Positions 1 through 13,479 are shown, counted from the stretch's first letter. The stretch: DNA of 64,000 bases from Raillietiella orientalis (GCA_036172245.1 JAYWIR010000032.1:1488001-1552000); one strand, 5' to 3'. The notes: generated by a model from the sequence alone, not told the origin. Numbers and translations are program-made.

Positions 1-479
1 GAGATGATCTCACCAGAAGTCTTTGTCTTGGATCAGGATGCAATGCTTGGTGACGACGGTGTGGTCTTCCACTGCGAACAGCCTCTTTGTGACTGGAAGC
101 TGTCTCGGGGTGATGTGTCTTCCGAGATGGTGGTGGCAGCGTAGTGGCTGCTCAGCGTTTCCATCCAAATCCTCTTACGGAACTCAGACTACCTGCCCAT
201 GGTCGTTTGTTGAATGATAGCAAACACCTGACAAGGGGTGATGCACTTCAATTGGGTAAAGTTCTCAACTGGCAAGAATCACCACCCCGTTACCATCGTC
301 CAGTTTGATATTTCCCGTGGGAATTAATTGGAAGAAGCACCGAGGTTCACGGAACGACAGTGAACGAATTATGAGCCAGCAACCTATGGCATTATGGAGA
401 CCTTTTTTCCGTGTGTCTGATGCCAGGAAGCTTTACGTGTGTTTTCATTGTGGATTGAGGCAGCAAGGCATAATTTTTA

Positions 480-985
480 GCCACAATTTCTTCCCCAGCC
501 ACTTTTGATACCGTGGCTGGAGCTTTTTTGAAAGCCTCTGCATCGAATTCCGCCGCCTGGGACTTCAGCCATTTCAGCAGCGCTGCAATTTTCCACTTCT
601 CGCTTTCCTTTTCGAATCGTCGAGCCACTTCTGGAGGTGCAGGAAGGAAGACGTGATAGCCACTGAGCGCGAGGTCAGGACTGGGTGATCGAAAAGTTCC
701 CATTTGAATTTCCGAATTGTCTGGAATGTGCGAACGGCAGCGTGTGGGACCAAAAGGGTGTGATTTTGCTGGACTTTATGGGGTATGGAACAACCGTCAC
801 TTCGCCAGTCCCCTACGAAACCTTTCGAAACTGCGGCGTGCCTTGCAGCAGAACCGACGACGCGGAACGCTGAGATCAGGAAGTGTTCTTCTCCTTCGCA
901 ACCACGCGCGCCCTGGCAACGCATGCTCTTCGCTCATTCCAGACAATTCGGAATTTCAAACGGGACCTTTTCGATCACCCACTTT
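480..985. mobile_element. Rearranged, decayed mariner (Tc1/mariner) transposase fragment
   Basis: + strand reads VWDQKGVILLDFM...LRRALQQNRRRGTLRSGSVLLLRNHARP; - strand reads KWELFDHP..SPDLALSGYH..WLKSQAAEFDAE, both typical mariner transposase segments, with frameshifts. A ~46-bp inverted repeat (683-728 / 935-981) flanks the central part. Confidence 0.85.
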
Positions 986-1971
986 GCAGAACTTGCTGTG
1001 GATGCTATATATCTTTTGAACACCATGAGTACAGCCGATTTTCATGAGACTTCTGATTGCCAGACCCTTTCGGTTTGATGTAACAAGAGGAGTCTGATTG
1101 AATGTGAATCAGTAATCCCATGTTATGCGGCTGTGGAGCTACTAGGCAACCGTCCGATAATTTGGTGGGCTAATTTGTTTGTCAAAAGCATTTTTGTGAA
1201 TGATAAAGGAATCCCTGAAAGAGTATCAGCAGCTTGCTCACGCTGCAAATGCTTTGCCACTTGAAGACACCAAGTGTTAGTAGCGAAGATGATGACGTGG
1301 TGGCCAATAAGGATTACTCAGGCGACAACAAAAGAAGTGCTTTTTCCAAAATACTTCGGTGAACCCATACTCGACGTCCCCCTTTGGGGAGCCCCACGTA
1401 AGGCGGCATATGGTTGAATGCTATGGAGATCTCGCTCTGATGGGTTTATATTCTGTGGCATCGGAGAATCAAAAGTTCCTTCTTGAGACTCCTGTAGGTG
1501 ATTTGCAAGTCTAGCAACTGCTAGGAATCTCATGGTTTTAGGGCATACTCTTGTATCGTTTTCTATTCATGTACTGTTGGTGTTGTTTGGCCTAAAGTTT
1601 CTCTATAACTGCTGATAAAAACAGAACCACTCCTTGACGTCTTTAATCGATTCTTAAATCTATTCTTCTAGAGGAACATGCGATAAAAAGGCATGCTAGT
1701 GTGCGTAGAGCGAGTGTTCTCAAAGATGCATGAATGGGGTTCGGGTCGCAGTGGTGGAACTCTTGGGGACTACCCGACTACAGCCGTCCTTCTGCTCGTG
1801 ACCGTCGTTGGGTATCATGAAGCGCGTAAATATGCCAAGAGAAGCTCGAATAAGTACTACATGTGTGGACGAGGTTGCTGGCCCTGCATTCCGAACCTGG
1901 GAACGAAGCCAGAAGGCCGCGGACGAGGTTCCAACATCCCGCTGGGCAGTATAGATCACAATCCCGAGCCA

Positions 1972-3131
1972 TCAAAACCCCGAAAGATCATAAAAACTAA
2001 ATACATACATTTATATATTCATCAGTATATATTATAAAGATTATGAAAATTAACATGCATGCTAATTGGGTACGTTAATATATACAGTTGTATATAAATT
2101 AATATACAAATTCATTTTAACATACATATTTATGAATACTTATTGAGATGCATATTATTGATATAATTAATAACATATTAATATAATATGAAAACACATA
2201 CTCAGGGTTATTAAAAACGAACACTTGTCTTTATTATTCATCTTCATCTACAATAAATATATATTTAATCGATACATAAACATGGAATTATAAAACATAA
2301 AAAAACAAAGTTGAAAATTGAAACTGTTGGAGAAAAATAAAAAAGCAAACAAATTAAAAGAACTAAAAAGAAATTTGGTACTCCGTTTTCCCATCATTTC
2401 TAACACTCAATAAACAGAACTTTCTCAGGAAATGATGAATCCCATTTTCGAGATTTCGATTGCTTGATAACCCATATGTATTTATAATTCGATATTTATT
2501 TAATCATTTTATATATGCTTATTATGTCTATCTGAATATAAGTTGATATATACAATCTTATATATATAGTAATGATACATATAAAAATATTACTAATTAC
2601 ATCAATGACATGTGCGTTCATAAATATCAATAAGTATGCATGTTAAATAATGTGACCATTAGTAACATGTACATTCATAAATACTAATAAATATGCATGT
2701 TTAGATAAATTTGTATATGAACCTATATATAAATGTACATATTAATACATATACATAATAAGCTTGTACATTTTTTTTCATAATTTTGTTTATATATGTT
2801 GATCTATATGTTAATATATATAATAAACATACTGTTAATTACATTGGTGATACGCAAATGTTAACAAATATTGATACAGATATGTGTTAAAATAAATTAC
2901 CATCAATAATATCTGTACCAATAAATATTAGTAAATATGTGTGCTGAAATAAATTTGGATATTACTGTATATATGAATGTGTATATATGTATATACATAA
3001 TAAGCATGTATATTTATTTTTAATAATTTTTATAATACATATTAATCTGTTCACCAATCTGTATATGAATATGTATGTCGTTGCATATAATAAATATATG
3101 TACTTATTTTTTATGATCGTTCGGGATTTCG
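1972..3131. mobile_element. AT-rich non-autonomous TIR element (MITE-like), ~1.16 kb
   Basis: Imperfect ~45-bp TIRs (tcaaaaccccgaaagatcataaaaactaaatac... / ...gtacttattttttatgatcgttcgggatttcga); very AT-rich interior; related copy near 42050-42945. Confidence 0.7.
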
Positions 3132-3599
3132 AACCCAACCTCACTCTGTGCAAGGCCAAGGTGAGGAAAACCATCGCCTCCCTTATTCGGTAAACGAGGA
3201 GGAAAGAGATCGTTGTGTGCGAGTTCCGGTCTGGACCATCCACCACATTCTCCGAGACGCCAACGGATACCTCAGTGGAGACCAATCACTCGAGATCGCG
3301 ACCTTGTGACCCCTTTCCTGCAAATCCGTGCCAAACAGGAACATGGTTTTGCTTGACCGGAATGGCTTGAGGAACTCACGGGGCAACCCTTCCGTTGTGT
3401 TTACATGTGTTGTTTGTTGGATTCGAAGCAATCTGCCCTGCAGCTGGTCCATGCGGGAAAACGGCGGGACGGGCGCCAGTGAGCAGGCGCAGCTCGTTTG
3501 GTCCGGCGCGGAACGCTGCGTCGATCGCGTCTTACTCGACGACGTCTTATTCGCGCTCTCGGACTGGCAGCAGGCGGGACGCGGTAGACGAAGCTCCCG

Positions 3600-3850
3600 A
3601 CTCCCCGCGGAGAAGGAAAGTTCTGTGGGGAGCTGCCAGGCCTCTCGGATCCTCCCGAAAGACTTGGTGGCGCCGCGTCAGGATGCAGGCTGGGGCATCC
3701 TGACGCGGGAAAAGATGGGACTGGAGCTGCGGTTCCCGCAGCTGGCGCCCTGTGCCAAGTTGTGGACCTCGCCGTTGTGCTCTTGCACATCTCATCCTTC
3801 GGCGCTGCGGTGGCGGCAGCGAAGAGCTCGTTCCGCTGCTGCCGCGCGAC
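3600..3850 (+). mobile_element. L1/Tx1-like ORF2 fragment (post-RT region)
   Basis: SRILPKDLVAPRQDAGWGILTREKM...CAKLWTSPLCS aligns with SRIPLKDLAAPRRDAGLGILTLERI...CANLWSTPWCS of the ORF at 46949. Confidence 0.75.
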
Positions 3851-3869
3851 CGATTTCAAAACTCAAATG

Positions 3870-4340
3870 TTTCCAAATCGTCCTACATTACGTGGGCGGA
3901 GATCAGGTGCAAACACGCAGACACCCACAAAAATCCGTACGCGTAAATGGAGCGTCATCCGCACCTCTGACACATGCACACCTTTTCGAATGCTTCTTCA
4001 TCTGCCTAAGAATAAAAAAAACTCTTTGGCATCGGTCACGGCAGTAGCAAAGGACTTGTCCCGATGAAGGACGCGAGGACCTGGGCTTCCTGTCGAGGCA
4101 CTTGGCCTCGCTTCTTGAAGCCCACCGTTGGATCTCCCGCCGCCCAATGACCTCAGGTGCGTGGCTGAAGGAGGTGGCTGTGACCTGGACTTTCACCTTG
4201 GAAATGCGCCCAGAAGAAATTCGTGCCCTGCGTTGTCTTCTCAACCTTCTTCTGGAAGATATCTTTCAGGACTCGATGAATGGGTCGCGCCTGGCTGCCC
4301 CACAACTCTCGCCGCAGCGCTATCTGCCCTAAGTGCAAGC
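3870..4340 (-). mobile_element. Decayed LINE ORF1-like fragment
   Basis: 3870-4050 is homologous at nucleotide level to 13650-13820; the frameshifted translation resembles the RRM-like part of the ORF1 at 48934-50076. Confidence 0.5.
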
Positions 4341-4387
4341 GACGATAATAGCCGAATGGCGGGGTAGAGGAGAGTTACAAAACTCCT

Positions 4388-4980
4388 CTTCGCCCGGTTG
4401 TGCCGGGGTGTTTCTTGCATTCAACCAAGGTGCAAAGGCAGTGGTGGTAGGACTGTCGCACCCACTAGGTTGATCAAAAAACCTGCCGAGTTGCCGGTGT
4501 GCAGAGCGGCGGGGATCGCCTCGGCGGCAGAGGGGAGGTAGGCAAACGAAAAAGAAAACAACAAGCAATAAATAGAACACTCTGGAGGGTTAGGGAAGGG
4601 GCCACTGTCTGCTTAGGGGCGTTTTATGCGTCCTTCCAAGGATGCCGGCGAGCTTGGGCTGCATAAGGGGACATCTTCAAGGAGTGAACCGCAAAATGGA
4701 TGGCATCCCTGCCGTCCTCGCCTTTCCCGACAGCACTCCAGATAGCCACGATCCGGCGTGGGCAGCAGAGAGCTACTGCGGATGCGCGGCTAGCGGTAGG
4801 ACATCCCGTACGAAGAAATGTCTCGAAACGTCTCTGGGGTTGCCGTTGAGGGTCGTTAGTGTCGTAGCAAAATAGGGGCCGGAGGGCAACACAATCCACA
4901 AGCAGGTGCGGGAGGGACTCTCGTTCTCCGCACCTGTCCGAGCTCACCTTCCTCCCTCCCCCCTTCCCCCGGGTCCAGTG
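4388..4980 (-). mobile_element. L1/Tx1-like 3' end (C-terminal CCHC finger plus structured 3' UTR)
   Basis: DRCGERESLPHLLVDC; T-rich UTR; hairpins at 4493-4510 and 4391-4410. Confidence 0.8.
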
Positions 4981-4999
4981 ATATCGGCGGGAGTTGCAT

Positions 5000-5720
5000 G
5001 GCCGGAGAGTTACAAAACATTGGGAAGGCGGGACAGCGAGCCAGCTGGTGAAAGCCGCTTCTCTCTCCCGGGCTAAGGGAATTCTTCGGTGGAGCGACTT
5101 TCTCAGTTTGCCACCCGAAGAACTCGTGGTTCCCCCTTTGCGTGTGGACACTTCGGTGTTTCCGTTGCGGTGGTAACAGGATCTCCTGCTGCTTCTACGC
5201 TGGGAATTTCAGTGCAGCCAGAGCAGGCACCCGGTTCCCAGGGTGAGATGCCTCCCCGAACTGCTCCAGGTGTGGGACAATCGAATCGTTCCCGAGATAA
5301 TTGCCGGTGCTCTCCGGGAACTGTGGAGGAGGCCGTCTTCAGCGCTCTTGGATCCGGAGGACACTGCCAGGGACTTGCTGCAGAGGTTTTTCTCACGGAG
5401 AGGACTCCAGGCAGGTGCCGTGACTGCGGCGATATGCTGCATCCGCGCCTACGTTACAACCCTCCACGTGCTGGAGTTTCGGGAGCAGGAAGGGAGGTAG
5501 CCGGCATGGAAGCCGCCTACGCGAGGATGGATCGCTGCAAGAAGTCGAAGATCGCCGGCGTTCTGCGCCGTACGTTGCTAAACAGGAAGAAGCGAACTCA
5601 TCTCCTCGCTCCCTTTCTTTCTTCATTTCTTGTCCCCTACCCTACCGCCTCGGGCTGCCCCAGCAAACGACCTGCGTGTCAGCGAACCCTCTCTTTGGGC
5701 TTCGTTGTTGTCGTTTTTTC
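5000..5720 (+). mobile_element. L1/Tx1-like ORF2 C-terminal fragment plus partial 3' UTR
   Basis: GILRWSDFLSLPPEELVVPP..TSVFPL and GALRELWRR..DTARDLLQRFF match the ORF at 47773; gacctgcgtgtc hairpin remnant near 5670. Confidence 0.75.
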
Positions 5721-5774
5721 GGCCGACAGCAGCGTTGTATTGGCCAGGCAGGTCGTTGGTTGGTCTCCGGGTGG

Positions 5775-5935
5775 TCGACTGATCATCGTTTCCATGGCTA
5801 ATGTCCGTATTGTCGGCTCATCTTATCGTGGGCTGATCATCGTTCGTTATCTCACCTTCCGGTCGTGAGCTGATCTTCGGTTCATCTCCATGCCATGCGC
5901 TTATTATCGTGTCGTCGACTCATCTCGGGTGAATG
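5775..5935. repeat. Degenerate short tandem repeat (ctgatcatcgt/ctcatct-like units)
   Basis: Several imperfect 15-20 bp units visible by eye. Confidence 0.4.
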
Positions 5936-6289
5936 GCTCGCCTCCAGCGCTTCTGCGCAGCTCGAACACACGTCACTGGTTTGTTGGGGGGCTCGGCAGT
6001 CCGTACTTTCTTGCGCTGCCACTGACCTGGCCCTTCGTCGACCTTGGCTCCTCCACAGCCCCTCCTGAAAACGCTTCTCCCATCTTCCTTTTTCCCTGTG
6101 CTACACTCGATGATGTATCCTCGTCGGGTTGAGGAGCCACGCAGCCTGGTTCCGTATTCCTCACCTTTCTTCTGCCTGACCTTGGGGACGTGACCGTCCC
6201 GGCATCAGGAAAAAGACAAAAAAAAAAAATTACGTTACCGCGCGAGTATCTCAGCAACAAGAGTCCAAACGCGTCCGCACAGATACTCT

Positions 6290-6900
6290 CGTTCCAAATT
6301 GTCTTCCGGGATATTTAGGGAACTGTTCCTTTCTTCCGAACAAGCGTCCCGTCTTTCTCCCGGGAACCTTCAAAGCTCGGGAACCCTTGGGGAGGAAAAG
6401 CTGGAGAGGCTTTCAGTGCTCTCCTTGGTTCGAGATCACCTGCAGAAGCGTGGAGGTTGCTCGTTTGATGTCCGCCTTGGGGAAGAGGGAGATATTGGTG
6501 AAGGAGCAGAGGGTCATCGGCAGCTTTCTCGGCAAACGCCTCTGCGCGCGCGCTGGTGGAACGGGACAAACCCTCGTGCTCGGACTCAAGAGGCGTGCCG
6601 GCCAACGCACGTGCACCGCGGCGAAGAGGCGGAAGACGACGGACGCCACGTGGACGACCGTACCTGGAAAGCCCAAGAGGGAGCGGAGACCTTCAAAGGG
6701 CATTGCGAGGGGCCACTGTACTCGTCTTAGCGACCTTACCGCGAAGAGGAGGCGTCCGGAAGATCGGGCGCTTAGTCGGGCACCAGCAGGAAGGATGAAA
6801 GAAAGCGCGCCGCTAAACAGCTCCTCCCCGTAACTTTACCTCACGCCCCCGCTGAATGGATGCAGATGGAGGTGACGGAAGGGATGAAAGCAGCCTCAGA
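6290..6900 (+). mobile_element. Decayed LINE ORF1-like fragment
   Basis: EEKLERLSVLS / FEITCRSVEVARL..EILVKEQRV aligns with EKDLEGLSVLSRGQRVELTCREASLA..ITVDGRRI of the ORF at 48934; frameshifted. Confidence 0.7.
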
Positions 6901-7537
6901 ACGATTTTTCGCTGTGCACCGTGCGCCGGCTCGGCGCTTACCCTGACCTCGGATGGCGTGCCACCGAGAACAGATGACCTGGCCGAAACAGAAGCCATCG
7001 TCTTCTTTCAGGGGTGTCAAGTTTTCTCCTACACCTCCTCTTCCTTCTCCCGCACTCCGTACCCCTCTCTCCTCTCCATATCATTAGAAACTGCGTAACC
7101 CTCCTTCCTGGCTTGTACCTTCGGCGTGCCGCGTCGCAGTTCACCGGGAGGGGGGATCCGGCCCCGCGGCTACGAATCCTTCCGTCCTCTTCCGGAGGAG
7201 GAAGGGATCACCTCAGTCTGCATCCCAAAGAATGAGAGTAGGAGAGGGGGTGCGACACTACAGTCCTCGACCAACACGGCCGATTTCGCGGCAACGCAAG
7301 TTGCGCCCTTAGGAAGAGCCAAGGACGCGCTCCGGTGATAGTGCCTACAACCTCCTATCTGACTTCTGGCACCCGGACCGGGTCGGAGATTGACTGGAAA
7401 CCGCATGCGGCTAAATGTAGGCTACCCGCCCACCCAACCGCTCCCGGGGAACACTCTTTCTCGTACCCCTCCCCACTTCCCGACCGCATGTAAGGAGGAG
7501 CGCCCTCGCCTTTTACCCAAAAGGAAGGTCACCTCGT

Positions 7538-9212
7538 TTACTCGCGCAGGAGGCGGAGGAACCGCTTGTCAAGAGTGCGCCAGACAGGTGGCGCCCGGGA
7601 GTGACGCAGACGCTGGAGGATGGCGCCGACCTCGTCGACGCGGTCGCTGAACTGATGCAGGCGGCGGTCCGCGGCAGCAACCAGCTGGCGCACCTCGCGG
7701 CGCCGATCCTGTCTCTCCTTATCCCACTTCTTCCTCCTCTCGAGGTCCTTCCGCGCGGATTGCGCGAGCCGCTCCAGGGAGGTGGCGACGACGGTCCGGT
7801 CGGGCTGCCCCCCGGGACGACCTCCAGCGGCGGGCTCCACCGGCGCGTCCTTGGCTGCGGCGCGAGCAACGGAGGCGGGCTCGCTCTTGGCCCGGGGAGC
7901 GTCCCCTCCGTCCTCTCGCTTGGAAGCCGCCGACGCCTCCGCCGACGCGGGCTCCTTCGCGGCGGCGAAAGCCTTCCGGCACCGGACTTCCGGGTCTTCT
8001 TCGTCCCCGGGGGCCTCCGGCAAGCCGCGAGACGCGGGACGGCACCTCCTCGGCGGAGCTTCCTCCAGCGCCCTCTCCTCGTGGCACTTGCGCAGCATAC
8101 GCTGCCGCGTCAGGCAACGGCTGAAGCAGGACACGCGTTCGGCGTGGCGCCGACGCCGCTCCTCGAAGGCGCTCGTCCGGCAAGGCAGCAGGAAAGCCAG
8201 CCACCAGGGCGAGCCGAAGGCGCGCTCCATGCGGCAGCACGCCCTGGCTTCCGGGTCGTCTGCCGGCGCCGTCGGTCGGTCGCGCAGGCGGCTGCAGGCG
8301 GCCGCCTCGGCCGAGATGCCCTTGCGGCGCTCGTACGCGGTGACGCCCGCCGACGCCAGGCTCACGCAGGACACCAGGCGGTGCACAGCGACGACGGCCA
8401 GCGCCAGCGATCCGCTGAGGACGGTGGCGACGGCGAAATCCCCCGAGGGCAGCGCGGGGCTGCCCATGGCGTAACCAGGGAACAGCACGCCCGTCAGGCC
8501 CCTCTCCGGGTACTTCCGCAGCAGGTAGTGGGCGCTGTAGGCGGCTGTGCCCAGCAGAGCTACCGCGGACCACAGCAGGAAGGCCGCGAAGTAGCCGAGG
8601 TTGTCCTCGCCCACGCAGGCGTCCAGGAAGAAGCAGTGGTGCTCCCGTCCGCGCACGCACACGTCGCACACCGGGCAGTGGTGCGCTCGCGGTGGCTGCA
8701 CCAGCTGGCACTCGCGGCAGTACCTGTACAGCCGGCCGTCGCAGCTGCTCGCGCAGCTCGTGCTCGTCGTCGTGCCGCTGCTGCTCGAGCACGTCTCGTC
8801 CGGGTCGTCGAACAGCCGCTTGCACTCACGCAGCAGCGTCCGGTCGCGCGCGCGCCTCTCCTTGTGGAGGCCGTACGCCGCCGCCGGGTCGCGGCAGCAC
8901 CGGTACGGCGCGGGGGCAGGGCATGCAGGCCGCTGCGGGCCGCAAAAGTAGGGGGAAGAGCAGGCGGGAAAGGAGGACGACGACGGCGAAGAGCAGGAGG
9001 AGGGCGGGCGCTCCTGCACGCACCCCAGAGCTGGTGCCATCCGAGGACGCCGGTGGAGCGCACGGGTGCCTCGACCCACGCAGACAGAGCGAGAACAGTC
9101 CGTGCGCCAACGCACACGCAACGACGAGAAGGGGCGACGAGGCACTCCCGGCTCTACGATCCCGGGCCTGTCGCTCCTCCCTCGGGATCCATGCTACGCT
9201 CGAGGGTGACAC
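7538..9212 (-). pseudogene. ZDHHC palmitoyltransferase-like gene (ZDHHC22/24-like cysteine-rich domain); intronless, EHHC motif, one frameshift; copy with native C-terminus
   Basis: YCRECQLVQPPRAHHCPVCDVCVRGREHHCFFLDACVGEDNLGYFAAFL followed by two hydrophobic segments, a TAYE motif and a coiled-coil tail. The two N-terminal hydrophobic helices lie in another frame (ORF 8826..9212). Confidence 0.8.
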
Positions 9213-9984
9213 TCTTCAGAAAGATCCGACTCCGAGGACGGCGATCGCGCCGTTTCCTAGCAACGCGATCCGGCCCGCAAATCGCAAAGCAAGCAAACCC
9301 AAAGGAAGCAAGAGTGAAAGCGCGCAGTCGTTCGCCGCTGCCGCCACCCGCACCGCCAAAGCGGCGGCGCGGGCGACGGCGGACCGCCGCGCAGCTGCGG
9401 AGCGGTCCTCGGCTGCCTAGCGAAAGTCCACCCGCTCGTGCGCATGCCCTCGCAGTCACGGCAGCAGCCGGAGGCATCTCTGCTGTTGGCTTACCAGCCG
9501 ATGGCAACGGGTGCGGGAAAATTCACGTGCCGCCGTCATTTCGACTTGCAGCATTACCGGCGTGCCTTTTTCCCGGAGCCCTAGCGTCGACCCCACGGGC
9601 GCACCAACTGCGTCGCGACGTCCACACGAGGAGAGTCCTGGAAGGATGCTCGAAACGGCACACAGGGAAGATGGGAGAGGAACAGCATTTACAGAAACGG
9701 AAAAGCGCCGAGTGAGTCCCAAAACGTTCTCCAGCTGTGTGCCCGTCCCTCTTCGGACTACGATGCTGTGCAAAGGAACGCTGCCGTTTATTCCAACTGT
9801 TTTTCCAAAGTATCATCGCGTCTGCAGACAGTCACGGACGATCTTTCGCAACGCACCTCGAATCTTTGTCGCGAAGCACGGAGTGGAGACTTTCCTAACG
9901 TGAGCCGTTGAAACCGAACTGATAAGGATCCTCGCAATCGTCTGGAAAAGCTTCGTCGCAATGAACATCGTCGCAGTCGTCGAT

Positions 9985-10172
9985 AGAATTCCAGGAATCG
10001 TCTAAAGAGCTTCCCAAAGATCGTCGCATAACTCGTCCAAAGAATTCCGGAAATTGTCTTTCAGTTCGTCGCAAAGATCGTCGCATAACTCGTCCAAAGA
10101 ATTCCGGGAATTGTCTTTCAGTTCGTCACAAAGATCGTCGCATAACTCGTCCAAAGAATTCGGGAATTGTCC
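9985..10172. repeat. 57-bp tandem repeat (~3 units), left arm
   Basis: Unit gacaatttccggaattctttggacgagttatgcgacgatctttgcgacgaactgaaa on the - strand. Confidence 0.9.
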
Positions 10173-13100
10173 TGAAGAGCGTCCCACTGATCGCCACAAC
10201 AAGCGTAGATATAATCCATGTAGTCTTCGTGATGTTGGAAGGCGTTTCGGCGATCGCGGCCCTTGGCGGAACAGGGAGCACTCCGGACAGCATTATCGTT
10301 TGGCTTTCTCGATTTGGGAACTGCTGTGGCCACCTCAGGTTGGCCGGCAACCGCGCCAGGGTCCGTAGGTTTCCTGCCACCCGTCCGGCTTCCAGCTGGT
10401 CCGGGTTTACACGACCTGGTGCCCTCGGGCGCCGGGCCTTTGGCGTCCTGGTCGAAACGGTACAGCAATTCTTCGAGAGGCACAAGGCGTACACGCAAGC
10501 ATTATTGTTCAAAATGACGGATCGAATAACTCGTGCAGAATGCTGGGAGGATACACAGGAACTGGTGGTGATGATGTGCACCAGGCTGACAAATTCGGTC
10601 TCGCCAACACCGGAATTCTTTTCGGGAAAATTCTTGGCGACGGGAACTTTGCTGATGTACTCGAGTCAGCCAAGAAATGGAACTCTTTACGAGCAAAAAA
10701 CCTGAATACCGTTTTGAGCCTGTGCTCCTAATCTCTTGCGCTCAACAGCGAATCGCGCACGGATCCACGAGCACGTTAGTACAGCCAACACTTTAACGTA
10801 CGGCTGCGTTGCCATAGGATACAATAGGATGGCGTTTCGCGTGCCCCTCCTTCCCCGCGTGTTGGTGGAACAGACAAAAACTGTAATGTCTGTACAAAAG
10901 TGGGGGCGCAGGGTGCAACAAAACTGAGAAAGATGAGGCTGCGGATGGCGAAATGGTGGGCATTTCCTCACGTGAAACTTTCATTGATCAAAACTACGAG
11001 CTACAAGGCTAAAGATGGGCATTCAGAAATTTAGGAACTGGGTGGCAGCTTCTCAGAAGCGGATCCACTAATAATTCCAACCAATAACACTTTCCCGAAC
11101 CGAACTTTCTAGTTCTTCATATTTAACAGTGGAACTCGGTCAGTGCAATCAACGTATTGCCGATGCTCAGGATTGTAGGAAGCAAAGTAGGAATCCCATG
11201 CACCTTCCGCTGATACACAAGAATGGGAGTTGGTACCATCCCCAAGATCGAAAAGCGAGAACCAAGGATTTGCAAAGATTCTACTCGTTTGATCACATGA
11301 AATAATTCGCTCGACAACTTCGATGCTGCCGAAAAGCGTCGGAAGAACATCCTGTGATGATGGGGCTACGAAATCTGTGGTGTTGGAGGGAACATGAAGA
11401 GCCAAAGCCGTAGCACGGTGCAACGCATAACGTAGGCTTCTCCGGGAGGAGGCGACGCAATGCACTCTGATCGAAGGACGGCAGACACTTCGTAGAGGCA
11501 GCAGTCAAAGTGTCAATATGTAATTGATAGTGATGCAGAGCAAGAAGGGGTTCGCACCGATGATGAGCGGGACGATCACGAAATTGGATATGTTGCTTCA
11601 TACAATCCGAGCTGCAAACAAAATCGTTCAACACTTTTTTCATTTTTACCGAAAAGTCCCTCTGGTCAACGTCGCTATTTACAGTCGACTTCCTGGAAGA
11701 ATTATTTGTGTATTGCATGAACAGTGAGGATGAGTTTCACGCAACTATCAAGGAATTGATTCCACGTTATCGCACTCGTCCAACAGCGCATTGCAGCGGA
11801 AGATTCTTTCTTGTTCCAGCCCAGCAACCGGATCGGATCTGTTCAAAATACCACTGGATAGTCCTGCAATCTACTCGCAAACGCCTTCGTGCGAAAACCT
11901 TCTCTATTTGCGTTTATTTTATTTCGAAAATAATACTCGATCAAACATTTCCGAAACACGACCTTCCGTTCCCTATCGGCACATGAAAAATATATCGGCA
12001 AAATAGTAGGGTCGAATCGACTCTGCGCTTCTTGCCTTTGCATTACCCCTTCACTATTTCCTGCTCTGCGGGCATGTCCGAATTTTTCCGAAACTTGAAT
12101 TCGAAATTCAACAATTTCTTCTGTTTCAAGAGTCCCTGATACGAACTTGGCATCAGTTTGAATTCACGATGCTGGGGAAAACCTCATGATTTCCAATTTT
12201 CCGAAATCGCTCGGAAAACAACTTGCATTTCCTTTTTCTTTGGGAAACCATTGAAAGCAACTACCCAAATAATCAGCTTTCTCAAATTCATACACACATG
12301 CTGTGAGGTATCCTGTTGCATGAAACCATCAGAACCACAATCCAAAATCATCTTCGATACGAAACTTAGCAACCACCATACGAATTTGTCGATCCCACTG
12401 CCTCGCACCAATTTGGCATGACTGTAGGCCATCCTTTCCATCGTTCCAAATTCATCCAACGGAAAATCTCTTCATAAAGTGCCCGTCAGATGCAAAATTC
12501 TGCAACACAAGCTTCTGGAATAGCACATTATTTCTGGAAAAGCTTTGGAAAACACACATCCCGGGTAATCATATCAACTGCTGAAGCAAAATGCAAATGC
12601 GTTTTTGCATACGCATGGAGCGGAGCAGTCCCCAAACTCATCGTCGAGTAACGCTTCGTCGATTACTTCGCCAGGCACGTGCTACTTGCATCACTCAGAA
12701 AACCTTCAACCAAAGACACCCAAAATTCGGCAATCCAACAGCCAGGTAGATGATACTCGTCTCCGACAGCTTTCAACAAAAACCCCGCGTAAAAAACAGT
12801 GCTCTGGCAAACATAGCAACAAGCAAATCGTACTCGGAAAACCACAGGAATCACACACCCCAACCTTAGCATCCGATCTGTACTGCTTGAAACCCTGCGA
12901 GGTGTGACTGCATGCAAATCCGTGCAGATTCGGTTTGTCAGCTGCCCAATGCGAGCTCATGTACAATTAGCCAATCTAAGCATCTGTACAGGATGAAAAC
13001 GCAACAAGGAATTTCAAGCGTTTAGTAAACAAACACGCTGCTTTGCAGAAACAGTCCCTCATCGTCGCTGCCTGCTTTGTACTTTCGCGACTACAAAAAA

Positions 13101-13479
13101 AAACCAGCCTACAATCTCCGATTCCTAGGGCTGGCAAACTCCAAAACGCCAGCACACCATGCAAACAAGAATCGAATTGAAAACATGCGAAATTCAAACT
13201 TTACATCTGCATGCAATTTTGAATAGAGGACAACAGCTTTTCCTCTCCAGGGAATGCAATCGTGTTACTTTACCACACTTGGTCGACACACTTAAAATAA
13301 GCATGGAAACTTCATGCGTGGAGGGCAAAAATGCGATCTGAAAGACGCCCACGAAAAGCATACCATCGAAGCAACTTCCGATTCCGTTAGATGAAAATCA
13401 GCGGCGCAGAACAGCAGCTTTCTATAAAATCCTGAAGGTAGTTGCACCACCTGCGAACAAACAGTAAGCAAACATACCG

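Noticed and set aside
7601..9715. 704-aa + strand ORF (and its 732-aa mirror, plus the 368-aa alternative-frame ORFs)
   Set aside because: Shadow ORFs of the GC-rich ZDHHC gene; Arg/Ala/Gly-rich with no motifs.
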